Below, in pieces: positions 1-12,475 of a stretch of DNA of 64,000 bases (position 1 is the first letter of the stretch; every line of letters starts with the position of its first letter). The notes below the pieces were generated by a model. That model saw only the letters and a program-made list of their open reading frames with translations. It was not told the DNA's origin and did no database searches. The DNA is from Octopus vulgaris (lineage: Eukaryota), in assembly GCA_951406725.2 (NCBI GenBank), contig OX597834.1, positions 2,542,001 to 2,606,000 on the forward strand, written 5' to 3'. Both the position numbers and the translations under genes were made by a program.

Positions 1-756
1 TTTAGTATGGCTCTGAATGAAAGATGAAAGAGGGCACTTGCCTTTGATGGTTAGGGCAACATTGGTTAGCACTGAATATGTGGGGATTCCTTGATGGAAT
101 CCCTGGGTGACTTTATCGTTGGTCTCCCACTACGATGCTATCCCTACATCCGTGGTCAGCCCCTACCAACGCTGCTTCCCAAAACGCAACGTGGCCTTCC
201 ACAACACACGTTGTCAACTATGGTAACATTCTCCCACACTAACTCTTAACCCTTTAAAATAAATACTAACCCTAAACAAATCTAACAAAAACAGGGTCAC
301 TTAAACACTTTCCGACCCTAAGTAATTATTTTCCATCCTCTGCATCACCCCCCCCCCCCATACGCCACCCGGGGTTAAGAATCCTGGATCTTGAAAGAAG
401 GACAAATTATTTGCTAGTATTCGGTTGAATCGTTGAATGTTGTGGGTTCTGATCCCACCAAGGGGCCAATTTAGATTTTTTTTGTTCTTTATTCTACTGA
501 GCGTGGAAGTGGGTGACCTGTTACGTACAGGAAGACGGGGGTTGCGATTTAATCGAATACATCTCTATCATAAAATTTGCGGCCTTATGAACTGGCAGAA
601 TCGAAAGAGCATCGGACGAAATGTATTGCGGTATGCACTCAGTTATTTACCCTTATGTTCGAAGTTCAAATCTCACTGAGGGTGACATGGACGGTTTTAG
701 CCTTCCGGGGGTTCGATGAGTTATAGTACTAGGCAGGTCGATTCTGATCCAGTACG

Positions 757-1010
757 TGATGGCGCGTGGATTAGTGGTTAGGGGTGTTGGACTCATGATC
801 GTAAGACTGGTTTCGATTCCTGGGCCATGCAATGCTTTGTGTTCGTGAACAAAGCACTTCATTTCACGTTGCTCCAGCCCACACTCAGCTGGCCAAAACG
901 AATAATCCTGCGATGGATTAGCGTCTCGTCCAAGAGGTAGGGAATATATACACCACAGAATCCGGAAAACCGGCCCTTATGAGACTATGGCTTGGGAAGG
1001 ACCTTTTATC
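757..1010 (+). mobile_element. tRNA-derived SINE with V-domain-like central segment
   Basis: A-box-like TGGATTAGTGG and B-box GGTTTCGATTCC, then CCTGCGATGGATTAGCGTCTCGTCCAAG resembling the V-SINE domain; T-rich tail. Confidence 0.65.
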
Positions 1011-1844
1011 TTTTTTTTTTTACTCCTAAAAACAAAAGCATTTCAACCAGGACCTCTTATCTTAAAAGGACTATCCCACGTGTCCGTCTCGTTTTTTCAA
1101 TAGTGTGATTTTAGAGGAATTTAAGTGTTATTTCTAGCAGGAAGAATGATCAGATAGTGGCTCTGTCGATGGTCTACAGTTATAGCTTAACGTTGGGTCA
1201 ACCTGATTGAGTAGATTTATGAGCAAAGACATTCCATCCATGACTATCCCATCTTTTCCCTGTAGGTATTTACAGGTAACCCGGAGCCACGATGTCCTAT
1301 ATCCCCCTTTTTAAAGATAGTTCGGTGCTGGATTAGGGAGGGAGATTTGGCTGTTATTTCTAGCAGAAAGAGCATCCACGAAGGAGAACTCTCGGTGACC
1401 CTTTGTCGAAAAGTGAGTACGAGTAATGAGTGTGACCCCAGAGAATGGACCCAGCGTCTTGTAAGGGAGAGGTCACTGGCCCTTGGTGGTCACGGTAACA
1501 CTGGATCTATTCGGCTTCCTTGTTTAAATCCCGAGCTGGTTGTACCCATCCCTCTGCTGAGGGCGAGGAACCTCCCCATTGTGCTTTTTGTTAGCAGTTA
1601 TAGTTGTTGTTATTGTGGTTGTTGTTGTTGTTTTTTTTTTTTGTCTCTTAAATTATTTTTGTATAATACCTCCCCCTTCCTTCGTGATGTTTTTGTAATG
1701 TCCCCCAAAGTGTGCGGGGCCCTTTGGGAACCGAACTAATACAGAAATTATCGTTTAAAAATAATCAATAAAATTAATTAGATAATTAATAAACTAATTA
1801 ATATTATTAGTGTCATCATCACCGTCATCATCATTATCTTCAGG

Positions 1845-2290
1845 GTGGTGGCGAGCTGGCATTTCTTCCGGCTCTTTGCGTTCTGGGTTCAAATACCGCC
1901 GAGGTTGATTTTGTCGTTCATTCTCTCGGGATCGATAAATTAAGTACCAGTTATGAACTGGGGTCTATTTAATCGACTAACACCCCACCCTAAAAGTGCT
2001 GGCCTTGTGTCCAAATTTGAAACATCCTCTTCTTCCTCCTCCTTACCATCATCATGATTATCATCACCATCATCATCTTCATCATCAGGATAATGAGCTG
2101 ACAAAGTCATTAGTGCGTCGGACAAACCGTCTCGCGGTATTCGCTCCAGCCGTTCATGCGCTGGGTTCAAATGCCATCGAGGTCAAATTTTGACTTTTAT
2201 CCCTCTGGAATCAATTAAATAAAGTACCAGTTATGAACTGGAGTCGAATGGTCGAAGTAGTCTCGTCTGTGGCCTTGGGCTAAACCCAGA
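1845..2290 (+). mobile_element. Two degenerate copies of the GGCGGCGAGCTGGCAG-headed tRNA-derived SINE family (called family B here)
   Basis: GTTCAAAT B-box and the shared GATAAATTAAGTACCAGTT..CTGGGGTCGA core, matching the copies at 30617 and 34224. Confidence 0.7.
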
Positions 2291-2369
2291 AAGAATTATT
2301 GTTTTTGGTTTTGGTTCAAATATCTTTTTGAGTAACTCAACGGTTTTCACAACAGAATTAGCTCAAACA

Positions 2370-3331
<962 letters not shown>

Positions 3332-3661
3332 AGGACGTCATAATAAATGCTCTAATTAGCAGGGTACTTAATTAGTTATGGGTGTTTGCTCAAACCTATA
3401 TTCACATTAGAGTGCTCACACAAACATGCATACAGTCACTACATGTAACATATATATATATATATATCAAAGTAAACGACAAAGATATCCAGAGTGTCGT
3501 GCAGTGGGACTGAACCTAGAACAATGTGATTAGAAAGCAAGCTTCTTACCACACAAACACGTCTCCACTTATATATATATTGTGTGTGTGTATCGTCTGC
3601 AACATAAACCCTGTCACACATTGCACTGGCCTACACAAAGTGAATCAACAAGTTTGAAAAT

Positions 3662-3704
<43 letters not shown>

Positions 3705-4103
3705 TACACGCACACACACACTTCTAAATTGAGCACAAGTCTATCTTGGCTAACATTCTCAGACACAATTGATGACTGTTTGTTACAGCGACTGCATTGT
3801 TGTTGTTGTTTAACCACAGGCCATTGCAGATCCAACGCCCTAATCATCAAAGACGTTCCTGCCCTGGCTATAATATTTAGTCGGACTCAATGTTTAAGGG
3901 ACTACCTTAACCAGTAGGTACTTCCTTTGTTTTAGACAATGAGGTGTGATTTGAGGGATATCTGGCTGTCATTTCTAGCAAGTATAATAACCTTGTAGAG
4001 GTTCTTTGTTGGCTCTATTTACACACACACACACATACACACACACACATACACACACACACACATACACACACACACTTAACAAATAGTTTACGGGACC
4101 CAA

Positions 4104-4680
4104 TTATAAAATATGAAAGCGGATCTGGAAGAAAGACTGCGGTTTCCCCAGGTTGTTCATACAATCCTGAGACCAGATGTAGTTTTGTGGTCTGAAAAGG
4201 CGAAGAAAATAATCTGGATTGAGCTTACAGTCCCGTGGGAAGAATGGTGTGGTCAGGCAAATGGAGTGAGGCGTGTCAAATATGAGAGCCTGGAGCAGGG
4301 ACAAGGGAAGGCAGTCAGGATTTTCCCAGTCGAGATTAGCTGTAATGGATTTCCCGGTATGGAGGGTGCTTACAGCCATTGGAATAAGAGAGAAAAAGTA
4401 AAGGGTGGCTGCGCGCGGGATGGGGGAGACAGCTGAAAGGGACTCTTGCTGGTTATGGATCAAGAGAAAGGGGTTAAGCTGCAAGCCAGGAGGAGACAAT
4501 GGGCAGTGATTTGGTCACCTCTGCTGACCCACCGAAGGGTGTTATGGTTCAAGGTCGAAACTCCCGATGGTCGTTAGACACCGTCTGATGACATCAGTCT
4601 CTCCTGGCCCAATTCCCATTCACTTTGGTGCGTGGAAAATAGAAGCGCTTTCGTCTAAGTGTTATTAACATCTTACTAAT
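4104..4680 (+). mobile_element. 5'-truncated non-LTR retrotransposon of the restriction-like endonuclease group (Hero/NeSL-like): ORF C-terminus and 3' UTR
   Basis: ORF 4113-4436 contains LRPDVVLWSEKAKKIIWIELTVPWEE..KYESL..FPVEISCNGF, the PD..(D/E) REL nuclease signature of Hero-type elements; frameshifted at its end. Confidence 0.85.
4537..4595 (+). ncRNA. Non-circularly permuted hammerhead-like motif in the Hero-like 3' UTR (degenerate stem II)
   Basis: GGGTGTT-ATGGT (4537-4548), GAAAC-TCCC (4557-4565) and ACCGT-CTGATGA (4580-4591). Stem I pairs ATGGT/ACCGT; stem III pairs GGGTGT/ACTCCC with one mismatch. Confidence 0.5.
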
Positions 4681-5799
4681 AGTTGTCCATCAGATCTCTT
4701 GATAATCGTCTCCTCATCCATTTCTGGATCCTTTGGTCAGTCCTGGATCCCAAGGAACAGTTTTGGTTACGGACCAGACGTGTGAATGGCTGGAGGGAAT
4801 AGCTGTTCCTCTCCGATCCAATATCTTTCATCCCGCCTCGAAGTGGCGCTGTCAACGTGTCCCCTTCATACATCTTCAGTTCGCCCCCAGCATTGACATC
4901 GAATGTTCGAGAACAATATCTTCCATTCTTGAAAGGTTGGTGTTGTTGGTCTTCAAAATAATCTCCAGCTGGTCTTTGGACCTTTTGTTTAGCCTTGAAC
5001 TGAGGTGTGGACCATTGCATATTGACAGTCATGGACGATTCTATGAAGGAAATATAAGTCAGACATGCGCACAACGTGTCCCAGTCATTTCCGTTGATGT
5101 ATGTATAGCGTGGACTCGATGTTGCTGTTCTATGTTTAATCCTACCTCCCCGGGAGATTGAATGAATTTTCTGTAGCCCCAAGGTGATAGGGGCCTTTTG
5201 AGGACTTCGGTGTTTCCACTGTATGTGATCCATATTTTGCAGTATACAAGAGGAAACACGGACTGTCCGATGGACAAGGAGCTTGGTAAGGAGAAGAAGA
5301 GGAGGAGGAGGACGACGAAGAGGAGAGGAGTTAAAAAGGGTCTCTTTTTGAGTCTTCCAAATGTAGGGTGTATATTTTATACACACACATACACATATGT
5401 ATATAAACATATATACAAAAATACGTACATATATACATACATATACTTACATACATGCATACACACCAACCTAAAAGCATACATATGCACACACACACAC
5501 ACACACAATACACATACGTACATGCATGTTCATATACACATATAGAAATATTTATATTTTCACATACACACACATACATGAATACACATACATTCATACG
5601 CTCGCACATATATGTATATGCATACATACATTATTACATACACACATACATACATACATAGATTCATTCATCCATATATACATATATGCACATACACACG
5701 TACTTAGTAACATATATGCAGACATCATTGCGTGCGTTTAACAGAATTCCCTCATGTTATAAACATTTCCGTCTCGTCCTCATTTTCCCCTGTAGAAAT

Positions 5800-5995
5800 G
5801 ATTTCAAATTTTGACACAAGGCCAGCAATTTTGGTGGAGTGGGGTAAGTCGATACGTCGACCCCAGTGTTTAACTGGTACTTGTTTTATCGATCCCGAAA
5901 AGGATGAAAGGCAAAATCGACTTCGGCGGAATTTGAACTCTGAATATAAAGACGAACGAAATTCCGCCAAGGAACTGACTGTGCCAGCTCGCCTC
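5800..5995 (-). mobile_element. Family B SINE
   Basis: Reverse complement of the 30617 copy (CGACCCCAGTG..ACTGGTACTT..GAAAGGCAAA..GGAATTTGAACTC). Confidence 0.75.
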
Positions 5996-6958
5996 CCTAT
6001 CACGGCGCAATTATTGAAGGAACATGTTCGAAGGGGTAAAACGGTGCGGCACTGTGGCGTTGGTGTTGGGCTTAGCATCCGAAAGTTTGTTCCTTGTTGT
6101 AGCGATGACTTGTTGCACCGTTTTTAGTTAAGGATGCCGAGCACTGAGAGACGTGTTGCTCTTCAGAGTGTGTCCTGCAGCACTTTCTGTTGTCAGGTGG
6201 TTGCCCTGATATAACCGATTCTTGGTGACGCTCGTTCGAATGTTGAGTGGTGACGTTATCGATCTCGAAGTTATGCGGTTGAGCCTAGGTCGGTAGCCGT
6301 TGATTGAAAAGAGCCTCGATTTAGGGCTTAGAGGCTGTAGTGGACGCAAACAATACAATTTTACATCTAAGCCAACATGGAGCGACACGGTTTCGGTTTC
6401 TGCTGGCGGATCGGTGGATAGCAGTTATTTGTTACCTTGCTGCTGAAGTATGGTCCAAAACAGACGTTCAAACGGTGTTAAATAGTCAACTGAGAATTAG
6501 TGTGGGCCGAAACCACTGTCTAATTACGAGAGATAATTGTTAAATGACTCTCATAAACAGAGGGAGATAATTTCGAAAAAGATTAAGAATTAATCTCAAA
6601 ATTAATTTACGTAATTAGGGATATTTATTGTTGTTGTTGGGGATCTTTTCTGTTTGGCTGTCACTTTTCAAGTTCTCCAATTTTGTTCCATATTTGTTTC
6701 ACATAAGGTGTACTGGTGTAGTTTTGTATGATAATAATTGACATGAAATTCATTTTTACCATAAATCATTAAATAGAGTTAATAGTTTTTAAATTTGTAA
6801 ATTTTGGGTAATTTTAGCAAATCAAAAGCCACAGTAAGCTAAGCTGTTACCAAGTTGCTTATCATTTTTCGCTTATTAAATTCTTAAAACACATGAGGTA
6901 TGAGGTCGTCGTGAGATGTGCTAAAAATAGCTAAAAAGGCCTTAAATCACGCACCAAA

Positions 6959-7012
<54 letters not shown>

Positions 7013-7396
7013 TACATAATCATATGAATCGTGTGTAGAATACAAATTCGCAAGAATTTTCTGAAAATTTCAAAAAATAAAAAAAGTTGTGGCAGGGTAT
7101 ATGGCGTGCATAAAGCGGAATCCCGCCACCATTTCATTTTACAGTCTGATATCAAAGCATGTGCCATCGTCGCAATGTTGACAACAAGTACTGTCACGCA
7201 CAAAATGACGGCTTCCAAGTCCTGTTTTCGGATTGGATAAAAACGATCAAACTTTAAACCTCTATAACTCTTTAAAAAAAATGTTTTTCTGCAAAAAGTG
7301 AATTATCTCCTGATACATCAATACACTAAATTTTAAGATTTTCACTGAAGTTTAAAATTTCCACAGCTGTAGCCAAGCAAAAAAAGGATCCTCTTG

Positions 7397-7531
7397 TTCT
7401 TCTTCTTCTTCTTCTTCTTCTTCTTCTTCTTCTTCTTCTTCTTCTTCTTCTTCTTCTTCTTCTTCTTCTTCTTCTTCTTCTTCTTCTTCTTCTTCTTCTT
7501 CTTCTTCTTCTTCTTCTTCTTCTTCTTCTTC
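7397..7531. repeat. Pure (TTC)45 / (GAA)45 trinucleotide tract
   Basis: 135 uninterrupted bases. Confidence 0.97.
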
Positions 7532-7799
7532 CAATCAGGACTCACGCCATTAGCCACAAAGAATAATCTCTAATTCGAGCCTACTCTAAGCTACTAAGAA
7601 TGCGTGTGGTAACTCGAAGATCCAACTACCGCACGCGATAGACTGGCGGTTGCACGGGCGCGAAAGCTCCGAACGTAAACGGTGGCTTTTAACGGGTGGA
7701 GACCCGAACTATTCCTGGGGTGCAGAGGATTCGCAATCTAGACTAGGGTCTGAAAATTTACCACACCATAGTGGGTTACACCATGGTGCCTCTGTTTTG

Positions 7800-7991
7800 T
7801 GGCAGAAGTAGGAAGAAAGAGAAAGTTGTGGTGAAAGAGTACAGCGGGGTTCACTCCCACCCCCGCTGGAGCCTCGTGGAGCTTAGGTGTTTTTGCTCAA
7901 TAAACACTCACAATGCCCGGTCTGGGAATCGAAACCGCGTTCTTACGACCGCTAGTCCACTGCCCTAACCACTGGGCCATTGCACCTCCAC
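7800..7991 (-). mobile_element. tRNA-derived SINE
   Basis: Minus strand starts TGGAGGTGCAATGGCCCAGTGGTTAGGGCAG..GGTTTCGATTCCCAG (A and B boxes) and runs into a non-tRNA body. Confidence 0.75.
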
Positions 7992-9267
7992 TCCTGTTGT
8001 TGTTTCTTTACTGTGACGTCAGACTATGAGTGTGTAAAGTTGAACATATAGTTTCTATATCCTCACCAACGGTGGTGTGTTGGCCGAATCGTTAGAGCGT
8101 CGGATAAACTGCTTAGCGGTATTTCTTTCGGCTATGTTTTGCGTTCAAATCCCACCGAAGTCGACTTAATTTATCATCCTTTTGGGTTGATTAAAATAAA
8201 GTACCAGTTAAGTACTGATGCCAATGGTATCAACCAATCCTCTCTTTTCAAAATCGAGGGCCACGTGCCTAAATCAGAAACCGTTGAATTTGTAAGTAGT
8301 AGTAGTAGTAGTAGTAGTTGTAGTAGTAGTAGTTGTAGTAGTAGTAAAACTCGTAATGGAGGCGGCGGTTGTTAATTTCGTTGCTACGTAATTCTACACT
8401 TGAGCTTTGAGTGCCATCAGCTTAATCATCATCACCAGCATCATCATTATCATCACTACCACCACCACCACCACCACCACCACATTCTCATCATCATCAT
8501 CGTCATTACCATTTCTACAACTCTTACCATCACCACAGTAGCCACCACTGCCACCATCAAGTTCACGTTTCAAACCTCGCTTTAGCTAAAACTCACAAAT
8601 TTCATCCACCCGCGGATGGACAGATTGACTAATAGCACCAGTCATACATTGGGGGAGCAAAGGGCTTGGTAGTGGTGGTGGGTGCAGACGCAAACGACTA
8701 CATCCCATCCCTTCCTCGCTGCCAACGCGCCCATCCTTCGCAAATTCTGAATCATATGCTTAGCACATGGTTCCGGGTTCAGTCCCACTGGGTGCCACCT
8801 TGGGCAAGTGTCTTCTTCTATGGCCCCAAGTCGACCCAAGCCGTGAATGTATGTAAACATTTATACAAGAAGACGGAATGGACAGGCTTTAATTACAAAC
8901 CACAGCAATTGTTTCTGTGTCATGGTAACAGCTGTCAGTTGCTGGGTTTTCCTTTATTATATTAACAGAAATCCCTCGACTATCGCGGGTGTTACGTTTC
9001 CACCCCCACCACCGCGAAGTAGAAACAGTACAGTGCTGTATATATTTTAAAATCATTTTTATAATTTATATATATTTATTTTATTATAAATGCAAAATAC
9101 GCCCACGGAGGAATGGCGGTCAGCTTAAATAAGAAAAGGCGACAAGTGAACCGTGACATGGCGAGAGTTTACGGTGTTAAATAAAAAAAATTATAAATAA
9201 TTATTTAGATCTGATCCAGCGGCAGTCTGGTGAGTGAATTGGAAACTAAAAGAAGCCGGTCATCAAT

Positions 9268-9406
9268 CACCTGGCTGCGGCCATGCTGGTGCACTTCTTT
9301 GAATCGACCCCAGAAGTTAGCCTGGTATTTATTCTATCGGTCTTTTTTGCCGAGCCGCTAAGTTACGGGGACGTAAACACACCAACATCGGTTGCAAGCA
9401 GTGGTA

Positions 9407-9451
<45 letters not shown>

Positions 9452-9812
9452 CGACGGGCTTCTTTCAGTTTCCGTCACAAAATTCCTCTCACAAGGCTTT
9501 GATCGACTTGAGGCTACATCAGAAGACACTTGGCCAAGGTGCCATGCAGTGGGGCTTGAACCCGGAACCATGTGGCTGGGAAGCAAACTTATTATTACAC
9601 AGCCACGCCTCTGTATGTGTGTGTGTGTGTGTCTTTGTGTTTCTTCCCCATGAGTGCTTGACAACCGGTGCTGGTTTGTTTACAGTTCGGCATAGGAGAA
9701 TGACATAAGTATCAAGCTTAAAAAAAATACTGATATTAATTCTTTTGACTGCACCCATTGAAGGCGATGCCCCAGCATGGCCGTAGTCCAATGACTGAAA
9801 CAAGTAAAAGAT
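9268..9812. mobile_element. Family A SINE (tRNA head, internal TA/TG microsatellite) on - strand, followed by the 3' half of a + strand copy
   Basis: Matches the family consensus GGCTGTGTGGTAAG..GGTTCAGTCCCACTG..GAAACTGAAAGAAGCCCGTCG(TA)n(TG)n..CAGCATGGCCGCAGTC..GACTGAAACAAGTAAAAGA seen more than ten times in the window. Confidence 0.8.
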
Positions 9813-10264
9813 AAATATATAAATGAAACCCTCAGATAATTATTATGCTTCAGTTAATATTTTAATACGAATATCATTTAATTAAATGTATTTCAGTAAT
9901 TAATTTATTATTCTTAATTATTTTGATTTTTTTGCTATTTTTGTATCAAGTATTTTTGTTTAAACGTTTTCTTTTCTTTTATAACAGCTTTTCTTTTCGA
10001 ATATAAACAACAACAACAACAAAAGCAATAATAATAATAATAATCTGTTATTATTATTATTATTAATCAACGCTAATTATCAATCCGAAGAATTGTACTT
10101 CCTGTCGAAAATACAGAGAAGTAAAAAACGAAACAGAACAACAAATTATAACAAGAAATCTTAAAAAAAAGAGACTTGTCTAAAGTTTTGAAAACTAAAA
10201 TAATTACTTAAAAAAAAGGAATACACAAAGTAAAAAAGAAAGAAGAAATTAAGACTCACACCCT

Positions 10265-10308
<44 letters not shown>

Positions 10309-10772
10309 ATCACTCGCCTTTCTGTCTACACACACTGCCATCTACTTATATATAAATATATATACACCCTCGACATTAACCTCTGTCTCTATATATAGCT
10401 TAGCAACGAAGCTCCTAATCTCTCTACCAAATTACCAACTATTTCAACACCCTACCTATCTACCTACCCCGAAATATTTCAACACCAACACCGCCAACAC
10501 GCGCCGAACGGTTGCAACAGCATCCACCATGTTTGTTTATCGGCTGCGTTGCTCTGTTTTGCCAAAAACAGGTGTGTTTCCCTCCTCAGCAAAACTAGAG
10601 GCAGCAGCAGATACCGAGTTCTTCTCCAACACCGAACACTGTGCCTGTCATTTCATTACTCAGGTAACTTAAGTAGAAGACTTTCTTCCACAGAAGATTC
10701 TCTTCAGATACCCAAACTTAGTTCCTTACATTCACGCCTTCTTAACTTCTTCTTTCTTCGGCTGCAACTCGA

Positions 10773-11320
<548 letters not shown>

Positions 11321-12475
11321 CTGCTCGCACGGACTTTGATGTATAAACAAACATAAGCACGCGTGTATTTAATTTTATACATTCATATAGCCATATACTT
11401 ATTGAAAGAGTTAAGTGAACGCACGCGCTGTATATATATATATATATATATATATACACAAGCAACAGAATCCGCAGTTCTTTTATATACATCTGTATAC
11501 AACTAACATCGTATAATTTTATCAAGTGATAATCGCACCAATCTATCTATCTGGCTACACACACACACACACACACACATACACACATATACACACACAC
11601 AGATTCAGGCATAAAAAGGGGAGAAAGCACGTGTCCTTACCCTTATACACACACACGCGCGCGCGCGCGCATTCACTCGCTTGCGCGCACTGACGTTGAT
11701 TTCAAGAGCTACGAGTAAGATAGAAAGAGAGGAAGAAGAGAGAGAGAGAGAGAGAGAGAGGAAGGATTGAGTAATAAAGAGAGTGGGTAGGAGGGAAGAG
11801 GGTTGGTTAGAGAGGAGTAGGCAGAGTATAAGAAAGAGTGTGAGGGAGGGAGAAGCAGTGAGAGAGGTGGAGTGAGAGCGAGAGGAGGAGGGAATATATA
11901 AAATAATTTAAATAGGTGGGAGGGAGGGAGGGACGTTTTTTACGGTGGGAGGAGAGGAAAGACGTGAGGAGTTGAGATAAAAATAAGATAGAGAGGGAGA
12001 GAGTAGGAGTGTGAGGCGGAGGTGTCGAACGAGAGGGAGTAGAGAGAAATAGAGATAGAGAGAGAGAGAGAGAGAAAGGGGTTGAAGTGCGTTTAGTGGT
12101 GGGGGCGTCGGTGAAAGGTAAGAGAAGCTCTGAAGCGGTAGAAAGGTTTTCTGTTTTGTTTGTTTGTGTGTGTGATTGTAGAGTGTGAAGCGAAACTGTT
12201 GAAGAAATCGTTGCATCCAGCACAGACGTCATTTTTAACTTGTGTTCACTTCCCAGCCAACATCGACACCAGCACCAACACCAACACCAACACCACATCG
12301 CATCAATTTTCGCGTCAGTTTGCCTCAAATTCCACAGGCTGACACGAACAAAATCAGCAGCAACAACAATAATAATAACAGCAACAGCAACAACTCCGAC
12401 CCACTCACCCCCTCCACCGCCAGGAAATATATAAATAAATAGAAACCACGAGCATTTCAGAAAGTGTGAGTAACT

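Noticed and set aside
4676-5410. 244-aa minus-strand ORF
   Set aside because: Starts in a microsatellite, crosses a dispersed repeat, and shows no recognisable domain.
6040-6400. Possible Tc1 transposase relic on the minus strand
   Set aside because: Only a vague resemblance (TKNRLYQGN); no TIR or catalytic motif found.
7900-7991. tRNA-like A/B boxes here and at other SINE heads
   Set aside because: No complete cloverleaf; each runs into a repeated SINE body.
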